A stretch of 64,000 nt of DNA from an uncultured Chloroflexia bacterium (GTDB lineage: Bacteria > Chloroflexota > Limnocylindria > Limnocylindrales > CSP1-4), in assembly GCA_963732805.1 (NCBI GenBank), contig CAVTAW010000001.1, positions 619,095 through 683,094 on the forward strand. The letters run 5' to 3'. A program made the translations under genes and the position numbers. This document shows, in pieces, positions 1-11,084 of the stretch. Every line of letters begins with the position of its first letter. Within the stretch, counting starts at the first letter, position 1. Under the pieces are notes generated by a model. It was not told where the DNA came from, did not search any database, and worked only from the letters and a program-made list of their open reading frames with translations.

Positions 1-60
1 TGCCGCGCTGCCGATCGCCGCGCTGCCGGTCGCCGCGCTGCCGGTCGCCGCGCTGCCGCC
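1..60. repeat. 15-bp tandem repeat, at least 4 copies, continues off the left edge
   Basis: Units read directly: tgccgcgctgccgat / cgccgcgctgccggt / cgccgcgctgccggt / cgccgcgctgccgcc. On the minus strand they are in frame with the response-regulator tail and encode GSAAT/GSAAI pentapeptide repeats. Confidence 0.9.
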
Positions 61-781
61 GGTGCCGTCCACGTCCAGGAGATAGCCGATCCCCTGGAAC
101 GTCCGGATGCGACCCGGCTCGCCGGGTCGTGCGCCCAGCTTGCGGCGGACCCGGCTCACCCACACGCGCAGGTACTGCAGGTCGTCGCGGTACTCGGGCC
201 CCCAGACCTTGGTCAGCAGCTCGGTGTGGAGCACGACCTTGCCGGCGTTCGCGGCAAGGTGCTGGAGCAGCAGCCACTCGGTGCGGGACAGCTGGACGAG
301 GTCACCGTCGCGGGTGACGATCCGCCGCTCGAGATCGATCTCGACGTCGTCGAACCGGATGATGCCGCGGCCCGGCGCGGCCCCGATGCTCCGGCGCAGG
401 ACGGCTCGCACGCGTGCCGCAAGCTCGTCGGGGTGGAAGGGCTTGGCGATGTAGTCGTCGGCACCGAGGTCGAGACCCTGGGCCTTGTCCGCCGTCGATC
501 CCTTGGCCGTGAGCAGGATCACCGGCACGGCCGCGCGCCTCGCGCAGCTGGCGCATGACCTCGATGCCGTCGAGGTCGGGCATCACGATGTCCAGCAGCA
601 CCACGTCCGGCCGGTACTCCTCCGCCTTGTGCAGGGCCTCCTCGCCGCTGGCCGCCGTGATCACCCGGAACCCCTCGCCGGACAGGGCGATCGCGACGAG
701 CTTCGTGATCCGGGGCTCGTCGTCGGCGACGAGGACAAGGGGCTGGGCGGTCAATGCTTCCTCCGGTTCCGGGACGGTCAC
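1..781 (-). pseudogene. OmpR/KdpE-family response regulator (receiver + winged helix) interrupted by a net +1 frame break near 529-532; 3' end runs off the window
   Basis: The receiver domain is in track ORF 302..781 (LVLVADDEPRITKLVAIAL...DVVLLDIVMPDLDGIEVMRQLRE). The sequence continues one frame over, with no start codon, so it is absent from the track: VPVILLTAKGSTADKAQGLDLGADDYIAKPFHPDELAARVRAVLRR...LSRTEWLLLQHLAANAGKVVLHTELLTKVWGPEYRDDLQYLRVWVSRVRRKLG...IRTFQGIGYLLDV. The start is uncertain: GTG 781, or TTG 754 behind GGAGGA. Confidence 0.75.
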
Positions 782-932
782 TCCTGTTTGCGGTCACGGG
801 CGAGCGCCGCACGAATGGCACGCTCCGTGCCGGCCACGATCATGACCCCGTTGATGCCACGTCGGCGCGTCACAACCGCCCTCGCACCTTGCAACCGCGT
901 TTCAGTGCACCGGTGACAGCCACCGGGCCCGG

Positions 933-3545
933 TCAGCCGTCGTCCTCACCGCTGCCGTCGCCCCCGTCGTAGAGCGGCAGCACGAGCGAGAACTCGCTCC
1001 CTCCCTCGGGCAGCGGGGTGGCCCAGATGCGACCGTTCATCGCATCCACGAGCCGGCGGGACACGTACAGGCCGATCCCCGCTCCACCGGCCATGCGTGC
1101 CGTGGACGGCGATCGGAAGAACGGGCTGAAGATCGCCTCGGCCTCGTCGGGATCGATCCCCGGGCCGTCATCCCGAACGCGGACGGCGACGCCGCCCTCC
1201 ACGGGCTCCACCCGGGTCAGGGCGGCGCCTCCGCCGCTGTACTTGGCGGCGTTCGAGAGCAGGTTGCGGACGGCCTGCGTGATGCTGGTCTCGTCGCCCT
1301 TCACAGCCGGCAGGTTGGGTGCCACCTCGACCGCGAGCGTCACTGCCGGCCACCGGCTCCGCTCCTGGTCGACGACCGCCGGCACGAGGTGCTGGAGCAG
1401 CACCGGATCGTCGCCGAGCTCGATGCCCTCGTCGAACCTCGCCAGCACGAGCAGGTCCTCGACCAGCCGGTACAGCCGGTCCGCCTCGCCCGCGATGTCG
1501 GCCAGGATCTCGGCGACGACATCGGGCGACAGCGCCGAGCCGGGCTTGGACAGGACGGCTGCGCCACCGTAGATGGTCGTCACGGGCGTCCGGAGCTCGT
1601 GGGACAGCAGCCCCAGGAACGCCTCGCGCAGCGCCTGGCCCTGGCGGAACGCGGTCACGTCGCGGCACACGATGACCTGCGACGGGGATTCGATCCCGGT
1701 GGACTGCGCGACCGGATACGCGGTCACCTCGACCCAGGCGGTGCGACGAGCAGCGACGCGGTACTCGGCCGGGGTGGACGCGAGCCGAGCGGGGCGGCGG
1801 TCGTCCGCGTCCACGAGCCGATCCAGGATGTCGTCGACGGTGGCCACCTGGTCGCCCAGCAGGCGCTCCGCGGCGGCGTTGCGCGAGCGAACGGCACCGT
1901 CGGGACCGGCCACCAGGATCCCCTCGCCGAGCGCGGCCAGCACGGCTTCGAGCTCCGCCGCATGACGCTGCTCGTGCTCGGCCAGTCGGGCGAGCTCCCC
2001 GTGCAGCCGGGCATTCTCGAGCGCCCGGCCGGCGCGATCTCCCAGCTCCTCCGCGAGCGTGATCTCGTCCTGGTCGTAGCTGCGGTCGTCGCGCCGGTAG
2101 AACGCCATCTGCCCGATGGTGCGGTTCCAGACCCGCATCGGAACCAGGAGCGCCCATCGAGATCCGAGCGCCCGCAGCGCCTCGGCATGCTGCGGTCCAC
2201 CGGCGATCGACGCGATCCCCGGGTCGTCCATCGCGAACACGCTGACCCGGTCGGCGTGCGGTGGATCGGCCGGCGGGCTCGCGTCGTCGCCCTGGCTGCC
2301 GCTGGCCTCGATCATGGCCACCTGCGAGGCGAGCGCCGGATCGACCGTCGCCGCCAGGCGCCGCACGCCGTCCGCCCCGAGCACGTCGACCACGCAGACA
2401 TCGCCCAGGAGGGGCAGCGGCAGGCCGGCGAGGCGGCGCAGGGTGAGGTCGAAGTCCAGCGACATGGCGAGGATCCTGCCCGCCTCGGCCAGCAGGTCCA
2501 GCCGCCGCTGGGCGGCGCTCGCCTGGTGGAGCGCCCAACGCTCGGCCTCCAGGCTGCGGCCCTGCTCGAGGGCCCCGGCGCCCAGGCGTGCGATCGCGGC
2601 GATGAACGCCTGCCGGTCGGGCGGCAGGGCGTGGGCCTCGCGCCACGTGAACGCGAGCACGCCGAACCGACGGTCCTCCACCTCAAGCGGCACGACCGCC
2701 ACGGCCCGCGGCGTGGCGTCCTCGCCCATGCCCGTGAGCGGCGGACCGTAGCGGGCCGAGTACTCCGCAGGGTCCTCGATGAACACGGGGGTTCCCAGCC
2801 TGGCAACCTCGGCTACCGGGAGCGGCAGGTCGATCGACAGCCGCTCGAAGGCCGGGGTCCAATCCTCGCCGTACCCGCTTCGGGCGACCGCCGACAGCCA
2901 CGCACCGTCGGGGTCGAGCATGAACACCGCCCCCCGGTCGGCCCGCAGCGCCACGATCCCGCGTGCCAGCACCAGGTCCGCGATCGCCTTCCGGTTGGCG
3001 GTCCCGGCCAGGTCGGTCGTGAGCGCCTGGAGCGCCTTTAGCCGGCGCGCCGCGATGTCCGCCCGGTCGCGTGCGCGGCGCGCCTCGTCCGTGGACACGC
3101 GGGCGTCCTCCTCCGCTCGGACGCGCAGCCACGCGAGCCAGCTGGCGACCAGGCCGAGCACCGCGAACATCGCCAGCCGGATCCGGTCGGACGCCAGCAC
3201 GGGGGTCGCCGAGCCGGGCGGCTCCATGAACAGCGTCACCTCGACCACGATCCCCGTCACCGTGGCGACGATGCCCGGCATGAACCCGCCCAACCATGCC
3301 GCGACGAGGACGGCGGTGATCGCCGGGATGAACCCGACGTCACTGCCGATGGCTGCGTTGAGCGCGCTCTTGATCGGGATCACGGCGAGCGCGAGGGCGA
3401 GGCCCAGCAGGCTGGCCAGCAGGCGCCGTGCAATGGGACCGGGCCGCCGACGAGCGAGCCGGTTCACCGGCGCCGATCCAGGCGGACGGCGTGACACGGT
3501 CGGGGAGGTGTCGGCACGTCCGTCAGCGGCCGGCGGCCTGGACAT
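933..3545 (-). CDS. Sensor histidine kinase: KdpD-C/DUF4118-like membrane block, GAF-like segments, PAS, HisKA, HATPase_c
   Basis: Track ORF 933..3704. The first 53 residues are Arg/Trp-rich and overlap the upstream gene, so the start was moved to ATG 3545 (MSRPPAADG). TM block LLGLALALAVIPIKSALNAAIGSDVGFIPAITAVLVAAWLGGFMPGIV. H-box LGLLSHELRTPVTTI. N/G boxes NLLSNAAKYS, DDGPGIDPDE, GGAGIGLYVSRRLV. Confidence 0.85.
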   Translation of the reverse strand: MSRPPAADGRADTSPTVSRRPPGSAPVNRLARRRPGPIARRLLASLLGLALALAVIPIKSALNAAIGSDVGFIPAITAVLVAAWLGGFMPGIVATVTGIVVEVTLFMEPPGSATPVLASDRIRLAMFAVLGLVASWLAWLRVRAEEDARVSTDEARRARDRADIAARRLKALQALTTDLAGTANRKAIADLVLARGIVALRADRGAVFMLDPDGAWLSAVARSGYGEDWTPAFERLSIDLPLPVAEVARLGTPVFIEDPAEYSARYGPPLTGMGEDATPRAVAVVPLEVEDRRFGVLAFTWREAHALPPDRQAFIAAIARLGAGALEQGRSLEAERWALHQASAAQRRLDLLAEAGRILAMSLDFDLTLRRLAGLPLPLLGDVCVVDVLGADGVRRLAATVDPALASQVAMIEASGSQGDDASPPADPPHADRVSVFAMDDPGIASIAGGPQHAEALRALGSRWALLVPMRVWNRTIGQMAFYRRDDRSYDQDEITLAEELGDRAGRALENARLHGELARLAEHEQRHAAELEAVLAALGEGILVAGPDGAVRSRNAAAERLLGDQVATVDDILDRLVDADDRRPARLASTPAEYRVAARRTAWVEVTAYPVAQSTGIESPSQVIVCRDVTAFRQGQALREAFLGLLSHELRTPVTTIYGGAAVLSKPGSALSPDVVAEILADIAGEADRLYRLVEDLLVLARFDEGIELGDDPVLLQHLVPAVVDQERSRWPAVTLAVEVAPNLPAVKGDETSITQAVRNLLSNAAKYSGGGAALTRVEPVEGGVAVRVRDDGPGIDPDEAEAIFSPFFRSPSTARMAGGAGIGLYVSRRLVDAMNGRIWATPLPEGGSEFSLVLPLYDGGDGSGEDDG

Positions 3546-3972
3546 CGGCCGCGGCGGGCATCGCTTCGGTGGCCAGGATCGCCAGCACCGCATCCCGGAG
3601 ATCGCGCGCCTCGACGTCGCATGGTCGGAACGCCAGGCTCGTGCCCGGCCGAGAGGGACCGACCAGGACCGTGCGCAGCCCGCGCCGATCGCGCGCCTGG
3701 CCACACAGGCCGGGGTCGCTGGTCACGAGCCACCCGGCGGCACTCGCCGGCAGCGCCGCCTCGCGTTCGAGGTGCGGCCGGCCGTCACCCGGGACAGGCT
3801 CCCCCGAGCGATCCGCGCGGAACCTGCCTCCCAGCACGACCACCCGGTGGCCGACCTCGACCAGGTCCCGGACGGCGTCGGCCGCCTCCGGGCGGCGTCG
3901 AGTCCGCGCCGTACGACCCTCCCGGATCTCCAGGAACAGCGCCCGCCGATCGACGTAGACGGTCGTCTTCAT
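3523..3972 (-). CDS. Small HAD-superfamily (GmhB-like) protein with degenerate catalytic motif I
   Basis: Internal ATG 3972 of track ORF 3523..4152, preceded by GGAGGAGG. MKTTVYVDRRALFLEIREG aligns in my reading with the HAD motif I region (DxDGT) but reads DRRAL. A later GWLVTSDPGLCGQARDRG resembles motif IV. It overlaps the kinase start by 23 nt. Confidence 0.5.
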   Translation of the reverse strand: MKTTVYVDRRALFLEIREGRTARTRRRPEAADAVRDLVEVGHRVVVLGGRFRADRSGEPVPGDGRPHLEREAALPASAAGWLVTSDPGLCGQARDRRGLRTVLVGPSRPGTSLAFRPCDVEARDLRDAVLAILATEAMPAAADVQAAGR

Positions 3973-4175
3973 CGGGCGCCTCCTCCACGTCTCGGCGCCG
4001 GCCCATTGCACGCATCCACGCGCGTGCCGGCCCAGCATCGCCCAGTGTCCGACTGTATCCGGCCGGCAGGGTGGATGCCATGCCGGCCGGCGCGCGGGGC
4101 ATATCACGGAGGTGACAGTCCCGACCCGGGCCAGATAATAGCCACCTGGCAACTATTCGGCTATGCTGGGGGCAC

Positions 4176-4697
4176 ATGAACACGACACGTTCCTCGGCCG
4201 GCGGAGATCCTGCGACCGGCAGCGATCCCTCTGGGGACGACGAACCTGCCGACGAGCACGACGCCGTCGCCGACCTGGAGCGGATCGTCATCGGTGCGGT
4301 CGGGATCACCACCCGGGCCCTGGAGCAGGCGGCTCCCGGTGTCGACCTCACCTTCTCCCAGTGGAGGGCACTCCTGATCCTCGGCGAGCGACCGGACGGG
4401 ATCCGGGTCGGCGAGGTCGCGGCGAGGGTCGGGGTGACGCTCCCGGCCACCAGCCGGCTCCTCCGGCGGCTCGAGCGGCGGGATCTTGTCGCCCTCGCGC
4501 CGGACGACACCGATCGCCGCGCGACCCGCGCCCGGCTGACGGCACGTGGCGGGGACGTCCGGGACGCGATCATCGAGTTCCGCGAGTCCACGCTGCGCGA
4601 GATCGTCCAGTCGGCTGGCGTGGGCGGCGGACCGCCCGGTCGCGCCACGGGCGCCGCGATCCGGGCCCTGGCGGTGTCGTTCGAGCAGCACACCTGA
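4176..4697 (+). CDS. MarR-family transcriptional regulator
   Basis: 173 aa. Winged-HTH region LTFSQWRALLILGERPDGIRVGEVAARVGVTLPATSRLLRRLERRDLVALAPDDTDRRATRARLTARG is typical of MarR. Confidence 0.85.
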   Translation: MNTTRSSAGGDPATGSDPSGDDEPADEHDAVADLERIVIGAVGITTRALEQAAPGVDLTFSQWRALLILGERPDGIRVGEVAARVGVTLPATSRLLRRLERRDLVALAPDDTDRRATRARLTARGGDVRDAIIEFRESTLREIVQSAGVGGGPPGRATGAAIRALAVSFEQHT

Positions 4698-6754
4698 TGG
4701 CGACGTCATATCCGCGCGTGGATCACGCGCTGCTCACCGTCCAGCGCCGGATCCGCGCCGCCAGCTACCTGCGCAAGTGGGTCGTGCTGGGCGCCGGCAT
4801 CGGCGTCATCGGCGGCCTGGGCGCGATCCTGTTCACCTCCGCCCTCGACCTGGCCACCCAGCTGTTCCTGGGCGCGCTTGCCGGATACACGCCCCCGTCC
4901 CCGGCCGGGGAGGGCGGTGCGCCGATCACCGATGCGGCGCGGCCCTGGGCGATCCCGCTCATCGTGGCGATCGGCGGCCTGATCTCCGGCTTGATCGTCT
5001 TCCGCTGGGCCCCGGAGGCCGAGGGTCACGGCACCGACGCCGCGATCGCTGCCTTCCATCACAACCCTCGCGGCATTCGTGCCCGCGTTCCGTTGATCAA
5101 GCTGGTGGCCTCGGCCGTCACGATCGGGTCCGGTGGCTCCGCGGGGCGCGAGGGCCCGACGGCGCAGATCAGCGCCGGCTTCGGCTCGTTCCTGGGCCGG
5201 GTGCTCGACCTCGACGCCCGGGATGCCCGGATCGCCGTCGCGGTCGGCATGGCGGCCGGGATCGGGGCCATCTTCCGGGCTCCATTGGGCGGCGCCATCC
5301 TGGGGGCGGAGCTGCTCTACCGCGACGACGTCGAGTCGGACGCTCTCGTGCCGTCGTTCATCGGGACGATCGTCGCGTACACGATCTTCGGGGCCGCCAA
5401 GGGCTTCAGCCCGATCTTCGGCACCCAGGCCCGGTTCGGGTTCTCGGACCCGGCCGAGCTCCCGTGGTACGCGTTGATCGGGCTGGCGTGCGGGCTCGTG
5501 GGGCTGCTGTACATCACGGGCTTCTACGGGCTGACCCGGTGGTTCAGGCGGTGGCAGATGCCGCGAGCGGCCAAGCCCGCGATCGCGGGGCTCGCGGTCG
5601 GGCTCATCGCGCTGATCCTGCCCGGCGTCCTGGGCACCGGATACGGCTTCGTCCAGGCCGGCCTGGACCGGGATCAGCTGCTGGCCATCCCGCTGTGGGT
5701 GGTGCTCATCCTGCCGTTCGCCAAGATCCTCGCGACATCGCTGTCGATCGGATCCGGGGGCTCGGGCGGGATCTTCGGGCCCGGCATGGTGATCGGCGGC
5801 CTGCTCGGCGCCGGGATCTGGCGGCTGCTCGAGCCGATCGCGCCGGCCATCCCCGCGGAGCCGGCGCCGTTCGTGATCGTGGCCATGATGGCGCTGTTCG
5901 GCAGCGTCGCGCACGCCCCGCTGGCCGTGATGCTGATGGTGGCCGAGATGACGGGCAACCTCTCGATGCTGGCGCCCGCGATGGTCGCGGTGGGGCTGGC
6001 CACCTTCGTCGTCGGCCAGCGATCGATCTACAGCAGCCAGCTCGCGACTCGCGCCGAATCGCCGGCTCACCGGTTCCGGTTCGCCCTGCCGCTGCTGGCG
6101 GCGGTCCCCGTCGGCGATGCCGCTCGCCAGGCGCGGGTGATCGTGCACTCGACCGACACCGTCGCGGAGGCGCGGAGCCGGATGACGGCGGCCCGCGTGC
6201 CGGGTGCGCCGGTCCTCGCCCGGGATGGCACGGTCGCAGGCCTGATCGACCTCGACGCGCTCGAGGGCGTGCCGCCCGACGAGCCGATCCCGGGCAGGCT
6301 CATCGTGCGCGAGCCGATCCTGGCCGCGGACGACGGGCTGGACGACGCGCTGGGCTCGCTGGCCGACTTTCACCGCGACTGGGCGCCGGTCACGTCCGCC
6401 CGCCGCCTCACGGGCGTGCTGTCGGTGCGCGACGCCATCGTCGCCTACCGCGCAGCGCTCAACGGGAATGTCCGCCAGGTGCGGGGGCTGCGGGCCGACG
6501 GGGTCATCGTGGAGACCGAGATCAGCCTGGGCTCGCCGCTGGCGGGCCTGCCGGTGGCCGGGGTGCCGTGGCCGCGCGACGTGGTCCTCGTTGCCGTCGA
6601 GCGCAACGACGGGGTGCTCGTGCCGCGCGGCGACCTCGTGATCGAGCATGGCGACCGGCTGTCGATCTTCGCCAACCCGTCGGCGCGGCCGGCCCTCGCC
6701 ACGCTGCTCCACGGCGAGGTGGAGGACAGCTCGCCCGGGCTCGTGACCGGCTGA
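4697..6754 (+). CDS. ClC-family voltage-gated chloride channel / H+-Cl- antiporter with C-terminal CBS pair and TrkA_C (RCK_C) domain
   Basis: The start was moved to ATG 4697 (MATSYPRVDH), overlapping the MarR stop as TGATG. The 178-aa track extension is Arg/Gly/Pro junk. Selectivity-filter motifs GSGGSAGREGP and GSGGSGGIFGP are present. C-terminal tail: VIVETEISLGSPLAG...VVLVAVERNDGVLVPRGDLVIEHGDRLSIFA. Confidence 0.9.
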   Translation: MATSYPRVDHALLTVQRRIRAASYLRKWVVLGAGIGVIGGLGAILFTSALDLATQLFLGALAGYTPPSPAGEGGAPITDAARPWAIPLIVAIGGLISGLIVFRWAPEAEGHGTDAAIAAFHHNPRGIRARVPLIKLVASAVTIGSGGSAGREGPTAQISAGFGSFLGRVLDLDARDARIAVAVGMAAGIGAIFRAPLGGAILGAELLYRDDVESDALVPSFIGTIVAYTIFGAAKGFSPIFGTQARFGFSDPAELPWYALIGLACGLVGLLYITGFYGLTRWFRRWQMPRAAKPAIAGLAVGLIALILPGVLGTGYGFVQAGLDRDQLLAIPLWVVLILPFAKILATSLSIGSGGSGGIFGPGMVIGGLLGAGIWRLLEPIAPAIPAEPAPFVIVAMMALFGSVAHAPLAVMLMVAEMTGNLSMLAPAMVAVGLATFVVGQRSIYSSQLATRAESPAHRFRFALPLLAAVPVGDAARQARVIVHSTDTVAEARSRMTAARVPGAPVLARDGTVAGLIDLDALEGVPPDEPIPGRLIVREPILAADDGLDDALGSLADFHRDWAPVTSARRLTGVLSVRDAIVAYRAALNGNVRQVRGLRADGVIVETEISLGSPLAGLPVAGVPWPRDVVLVAVERNDGVLVPRGDLVIEHGDRLSIFANPSARPALATLLHGEVEDSSPGLVTG

Positions 6755-6847
6755 CCGGCCCGACGGGCCCGGACCATGATCGGGACCGTGGACCAAAGGT
6801 GGCGAAACGATCACCCGGCGATAACCGGGGCGTAACCCGCGGCCGCC

Positions 6848-7315
6848 ATGATCAGTGTCATGGAGACGTCCGCCGTGGTCACCATCGATCGGATTCCGTC
6901 CATTCCCAGCCCACGCGTGGAGAGCCTGCTGGACCTCGGCCGCGAGATCGAGCGGCTGGGGGCCGCGCTGCGCTCGCTGGTCGCCCGCGACGACGAGCCG
7001 CCCATCCTGTGGCGGTCCGTGACCTTCGCGTCCGGCGTCGAGGCCATCCGCGAGGCCCTCGGGCCCGTGGCCACCGTCCCCGAGCTTGCCTGGTCGGGGC
7101 GCGGGCTGATCGAGGTCGAGGCCGGGCGGACGAGCTCGTTCGCGCTCGCCGCCCAGCGCCTCGCCCGCGACCCGGCCAGCGTCGCCCTGGCCCTGCGGTG
7201 GCTGGAGCTCGATGGCCGGAACCGGCTGCCGGCCTGGGCCGATATCGTCCGCCGCCGCTCGCTCGAGCCGCTCGGACGGGACCCGGTCCACGACGGGGGA
7301 CTGTGGTTCGGCTGA
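6848..7315 (+). CDS. Hypothetical protein (155 aa), no recognisable domain
   Basis: This is the only ORF in the gap with non-junk composition (MISVMETSAVVTIDRIPSIPSPRVESLLDLGREIERLGAALRSL...). I recognise no motif. Confidence 0.4.
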   Translation: MISVMETSAVVTIDRIPSIPSPRVESLLDLGREIERLGAALRSLVARDDEPPILWRSVTFASGVEAIREALGPVATVPELAWSGRGLIEVEAGRTSSFALAAQRLARDPASVALALRWLELDGRNRLPAWADIVRRRSLEPLGRDPVHDGGLWFG

Positions 7316-7584
7316 TCGCGTCCCGCCGGGCGGCCGGGCCGGTCCGTGGACCGCTCGGGCAACCCGGGCTATGCTCCGCGACATGACGATCCGCGATCGC
7401 CGCCCTCGGCGCGGCGCCTGTTGCTCCTGTCCCCGGCGAGTGCCGGCGCGGGGCCAGGTCGCGATCGCCCGCTGACCACGAACCCCCGCCGCGGGCCTCG
7501 CCGTCCCCGTCCCGCCGCGCCGGTCCCGGCGCGTGCCGTTCACCCGTCCGCCTGTCCCACGATGCCCGAACCCCGGGGAGCCTG

Positions 7585-8439
7585 ATGCCCGACACCATCG
7601 ACCATGACCGTGACCACGACCTCGCCCAGCGGCTGGCCGGAGATCGCGCCACGCACGGGCGGATCTACCCGCTCAAGCGAAACGTCGCCGCGTTCGCCGA
7701 CGAGCTGCTGGGCGTCCTGTTCCCGCAGCTCTCGGACGATGCGCTGGCGACCCCCGATGACCTTGCGGCGCACCTCGTCCTCGTCCGGCGTGACCTGCGC
7801 CGGCTGGTGGAGCCGCTGACCGACACGGCACCCGCGGACCGCGCGATCGTCGCGTTCGCGGCAGCGTTGCCGGACGTCCATGCCCGGCTGCTGCTCGATG
7901 CCGAGGCGATCCTCGCCGGCGATCCCGCCGCCGAGTCCCTCGACGAGGTGATCGCGGCCTACCCGGGGTTCCTCGCGATCGCCATCCACCGGCTTGCCCA
8001 TGCCATCCACGAGCTGGGCGTGCCGATCCTGCCGCGGCTCCTGGCCGAGGTGGCGCACACCCGGACCGGCATCGACATCCATCCCGGCGCCACGATCGGC
8101 GGCCGCTTCTGCATCGACCATGGGACCGGCATCGTGATCGGCGAGACCGCCGTGATCGGCGAGGGCGTCAAGCTCTACCAGGGGGTCACGCTCGGCGCGC
8201 TGTCCGTGGTCAAGGAGCTGGCCGGCACCAAGCGCCACCCGACCATCGGTGACCGCGTGGTCATCTACGCCAACGCCACCGTGCTCGGTGGCGACACGGT
8301 CGTGGGCGACGACACGATCATCGGCGGCAACGTGTTCGTCACCAGCAGCGTGCCGCCGGGCTCGATCCTGTACCAGACCAGCCAGTCCCGCGTGCGTCGC
8401 GCCCGGGACGGCTTCGACGACGCCGACTTCGTCATCTGA
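7585..8439 (+). CDS. cysE: Serine O-acetyltransferase (long N-terminal, EpsC-like type)
   Basis: Left-handed beta-helix hexapeptide region [44 protein letters not shown]...[35 protein letters not shown]. It sits directly upstream of cysK. Confidence 0.85.
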   Translation: MPDTIDHDRDHDLAQRLAGDRATHGRIYPLKRNVAAFADELLGVLFPQLSDDALATPDDLAAHLVLVRRDLRRLVEPLTDTAPADRAIVAFAAALPDVHARLLLDAEAILAGDPAAESLDEVIAAYPGFLAIAIHRLAHAIHELGVPILPRLLAEVAHTRTGIDIHPGATIGGRFCIDHGTGIVIGETAVIGEGVKLYQGVTLGALSVVKELAGTKRHPTIGDRVVIYANATVLGGDTVVGDDTIIGGNVFVTSSVPPGSILYQTSQSRVRRARDGFDDADFVI

Positions 8440-8478
8440 CACGTTCCCCGGAACGTCCCCCCGGAGAAGGAGCACCCC

Positions 8479-9394
<916 letters not shown>

Positions 9395-9439
9395 GCGCGG
9401 CCCGCGTCATCGGCCGCCTGCGGCCGCTAGGATGCGGTC

Positions 9440-10552
9440 GTGGACCCCCTGACCCTCGTCCGTTTCGTCCTTGGCCTGGTCGCGCTGGTCGCGGGGGCCG
9501 AGCTGCTCGTCCGCGGCGCCAGCCGGCTCGCGACCGCGCTGGGCATCAGCCCGCTCGTCGTGGGCCTGACCGTGGTCGCCTTCGGGACCAGCGCACCGGA
9601 GCTCGCCGTGGGCGTGTCGTCGGCCTTCGCGGGCCAGCCGGACATCGCCCTGGGCAACGTCGTCGGCAGCAACATCGCGAACATCCTGCTCGTGCTCGGC
9701 CTGGCCGCCCTGGCCGCCCCGGTCGTCGCGGGGATCCGGGTCGTCCAGCGCGAGGTGCCGCTGATGATCGCGGCCTCCGTCCTCCTGTGGCTGATGGCCC
9801 TGAGCGGCCAGATCGACCGGCTGGAGGGCGCGATCCTGTTCGCCGGGATCATCGCGTACACGGTGTTCCTCGCCCGCTCCACGCGCAGGGAGTCGGCCCG
9901 GGTCCGGGCGGAGTTCGCTGCCGAGTACGCGACCGGGATCGGCCACGGGATGCGCGACGTCGGCGCGAATCTCGGGCTCGGGGGCGTGGGGCTGGTGCTG
10001 CTGCTGGTGGGCGCGGACTGGATCGTGGCCGGTGCCACGGAGATGGCGACCACGCTGGGCATCCCCGAGATCGTCGTGGGCCTCACGATCGTTGCCGTGG
10101 GCACGTCCCTGCCCGAGATCGCAACCTCGGTCCTGGCCGGCATGCGCGGTCACCGCGACATCGCCGTGGGCAACGTGGTCGGCAGCTGCATCTTCAACAT
10201 CCTGATGGTGCTGGGCGCGACCGCGGTCGCCTCGCCCTCGCCGCTCGCCGTGTCATCGGACCTGCTCGCGGTCGACCTGCCGCTGATGGTCGCCGCCGCC
10301 GTTGCCTGCCTGCCCATCCTGTACACGGGTCACGTGGTCGATCGCCGCGAGGGCACGCTGCTGCTCGCGTTCTACGTCGCGTATCTCGCGTACCTGGGCC
10401 TGGTCGCGATCGACGCGCCGGAGGCCGGGGCGTTCGGTGGCGCGATCGTGCTGGGCGCCGTGCCGATCGCAGGGCTCCTGCTCGCCTGGCGGGCCTACCT
10501 CGCCTGGACGAGGTCCGCGGGCCGCCGCAGCCCGCTCGGCTCGGACGGATGA
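9440..10552 (+). CDS. CaCA-family calcium/sodium antiporter (YrbG-like)
   Basis: 370 aa, about 10 hydrophobic segments, with two alpha-repeat motifs: [16 protein letters not shown] and [16 protein letters not shown]. Confidence 0.85.
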   Translation: MDPLTLVRFVLGLVALVAGAELLVRGASRLATALGISPLVVGLTVVAFGTSAPELAVGVSSAFAGQPDIALGNVVGSNIANILLVLGLAALAAPVVAGIRVVQREVPLMIAASVLLWLMALSGQIDRLEGAILFAGIIAYTVFLARSTRRESARVRAEFAAEYATGIGHGMRDVGANLGLGGVGLVLLLVGADWIVAGATEMATTLGIPEIVVGLTIVAVGTSLPEIATSVLAGMRGHRDIAVGNVVGSCIFNILMVLGATAVASPSPLAVSSDLLAVDLPLMVAAAVACLPILYTGHVVDRREGTLLLAFYVAYLAYLGLVAIDAPEAGAFGGAIVLGAVPIAGLLLAWRAYLAWTRSAGRRSPLGSDG

Positions 10553-11073
10553 GCGCCGGGGACGATCCGGCAGGCCCCAGCGGTCCCCGCCTGCTGCTGG
10601 TCATGGGCGTGGCCGGCTCGGGCAAGACGACCGTGGGCCGCGACCTGGCCGCCGCCCTGGATGCGGACTTCGTCGAGGCCGACGACTACCACTCGGCCGC
10701 CAACATGGAGCGGTTGCGGCACGGCATCCCCCTCGACGACGCCGCTCGCGCGCCCTGGCTGCGCGACGTCCGGCACGCGATTGCCACCCGGATCCGGCGT
10801 GGCCGGCGGGTGGTGCTGGCCTGCTCCGCGCTCAAGGCAACGTACCGCGACGAGCTGATCGACGGCGTCCCGGGTGCCGTCGTCGTCTACCTGCGGGTGG
10901 ACCGGCCGACGCTCGAAGGTCGCCTCAGGCGCCGGCCGCACCAGTTCATGGCCTCCCTGTTGGACAGCCAGCTGGCCGATCTCGAGGTGCCCGAGGGCGC
11001 GATCGTGGCCGACGAGAGCGACGGCGAGCAGGCGACGGTGGCGAGCATCCTCGGGCAGCTCGGGCGCGGCTGA
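10549..11073 (+). CDS. gntK: Gluconokinase (GntK-type P-loop kinase)
   Basis: ATG 10549 overlaps the antiporter stop (ATGA). 174 aa, P-loop [11 protein letters not shown], then [29 protein letters not shown], typical of gluconate kinases. It lies in the tail of the chimeric track ORF 8479..11073. Confidence 0.8.
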   Translation: MSAGDDPAGPSGPRLLLVMGVAGSGKTTVGRDLAAALDADFVEADDYHSAANMERLRHGIPLDDAARAPWLRDVRHAIATRIRRGRRVVLACSALKATYRDELIDGVPGAVVVYLRVDRPTLEGRLRRRPHQFMASLLDSQLADLEVPEGAIVADESDGEQATVASILGQLGRG

Positions 11074-11084
11074 GCGCCGGGCGT

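Noticed and set aside
1-60. Short direct repeats as a possible CRISPR array
   Set aside because: The units are 15 bp, contiguous without spacers, and in frame with a coding region. This is a coding tandem repeat, not CRISPR.
4706-7543. 945-aa minus-strand ORF covering the ClC gene and beyond
   Set aside because: Its composition is Arg/Gly/Pro/Asp-rich with no motifs, and it lies antisense to a well-supported ClC channel. This is typical shadow ORF behaviour in very GC-rich DNA.
7316-7584. Possible riboswitch or leader upstream of cysE (GC-rich, cgcgatcgc palindromes flanking a ~90-nt segment)
   Set aside because: I could not match it to any riboswitch consensus I know (SAM-I/IV and others). 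Palindromic GC-rich segments are common here. A covariance-model scan would be needed.
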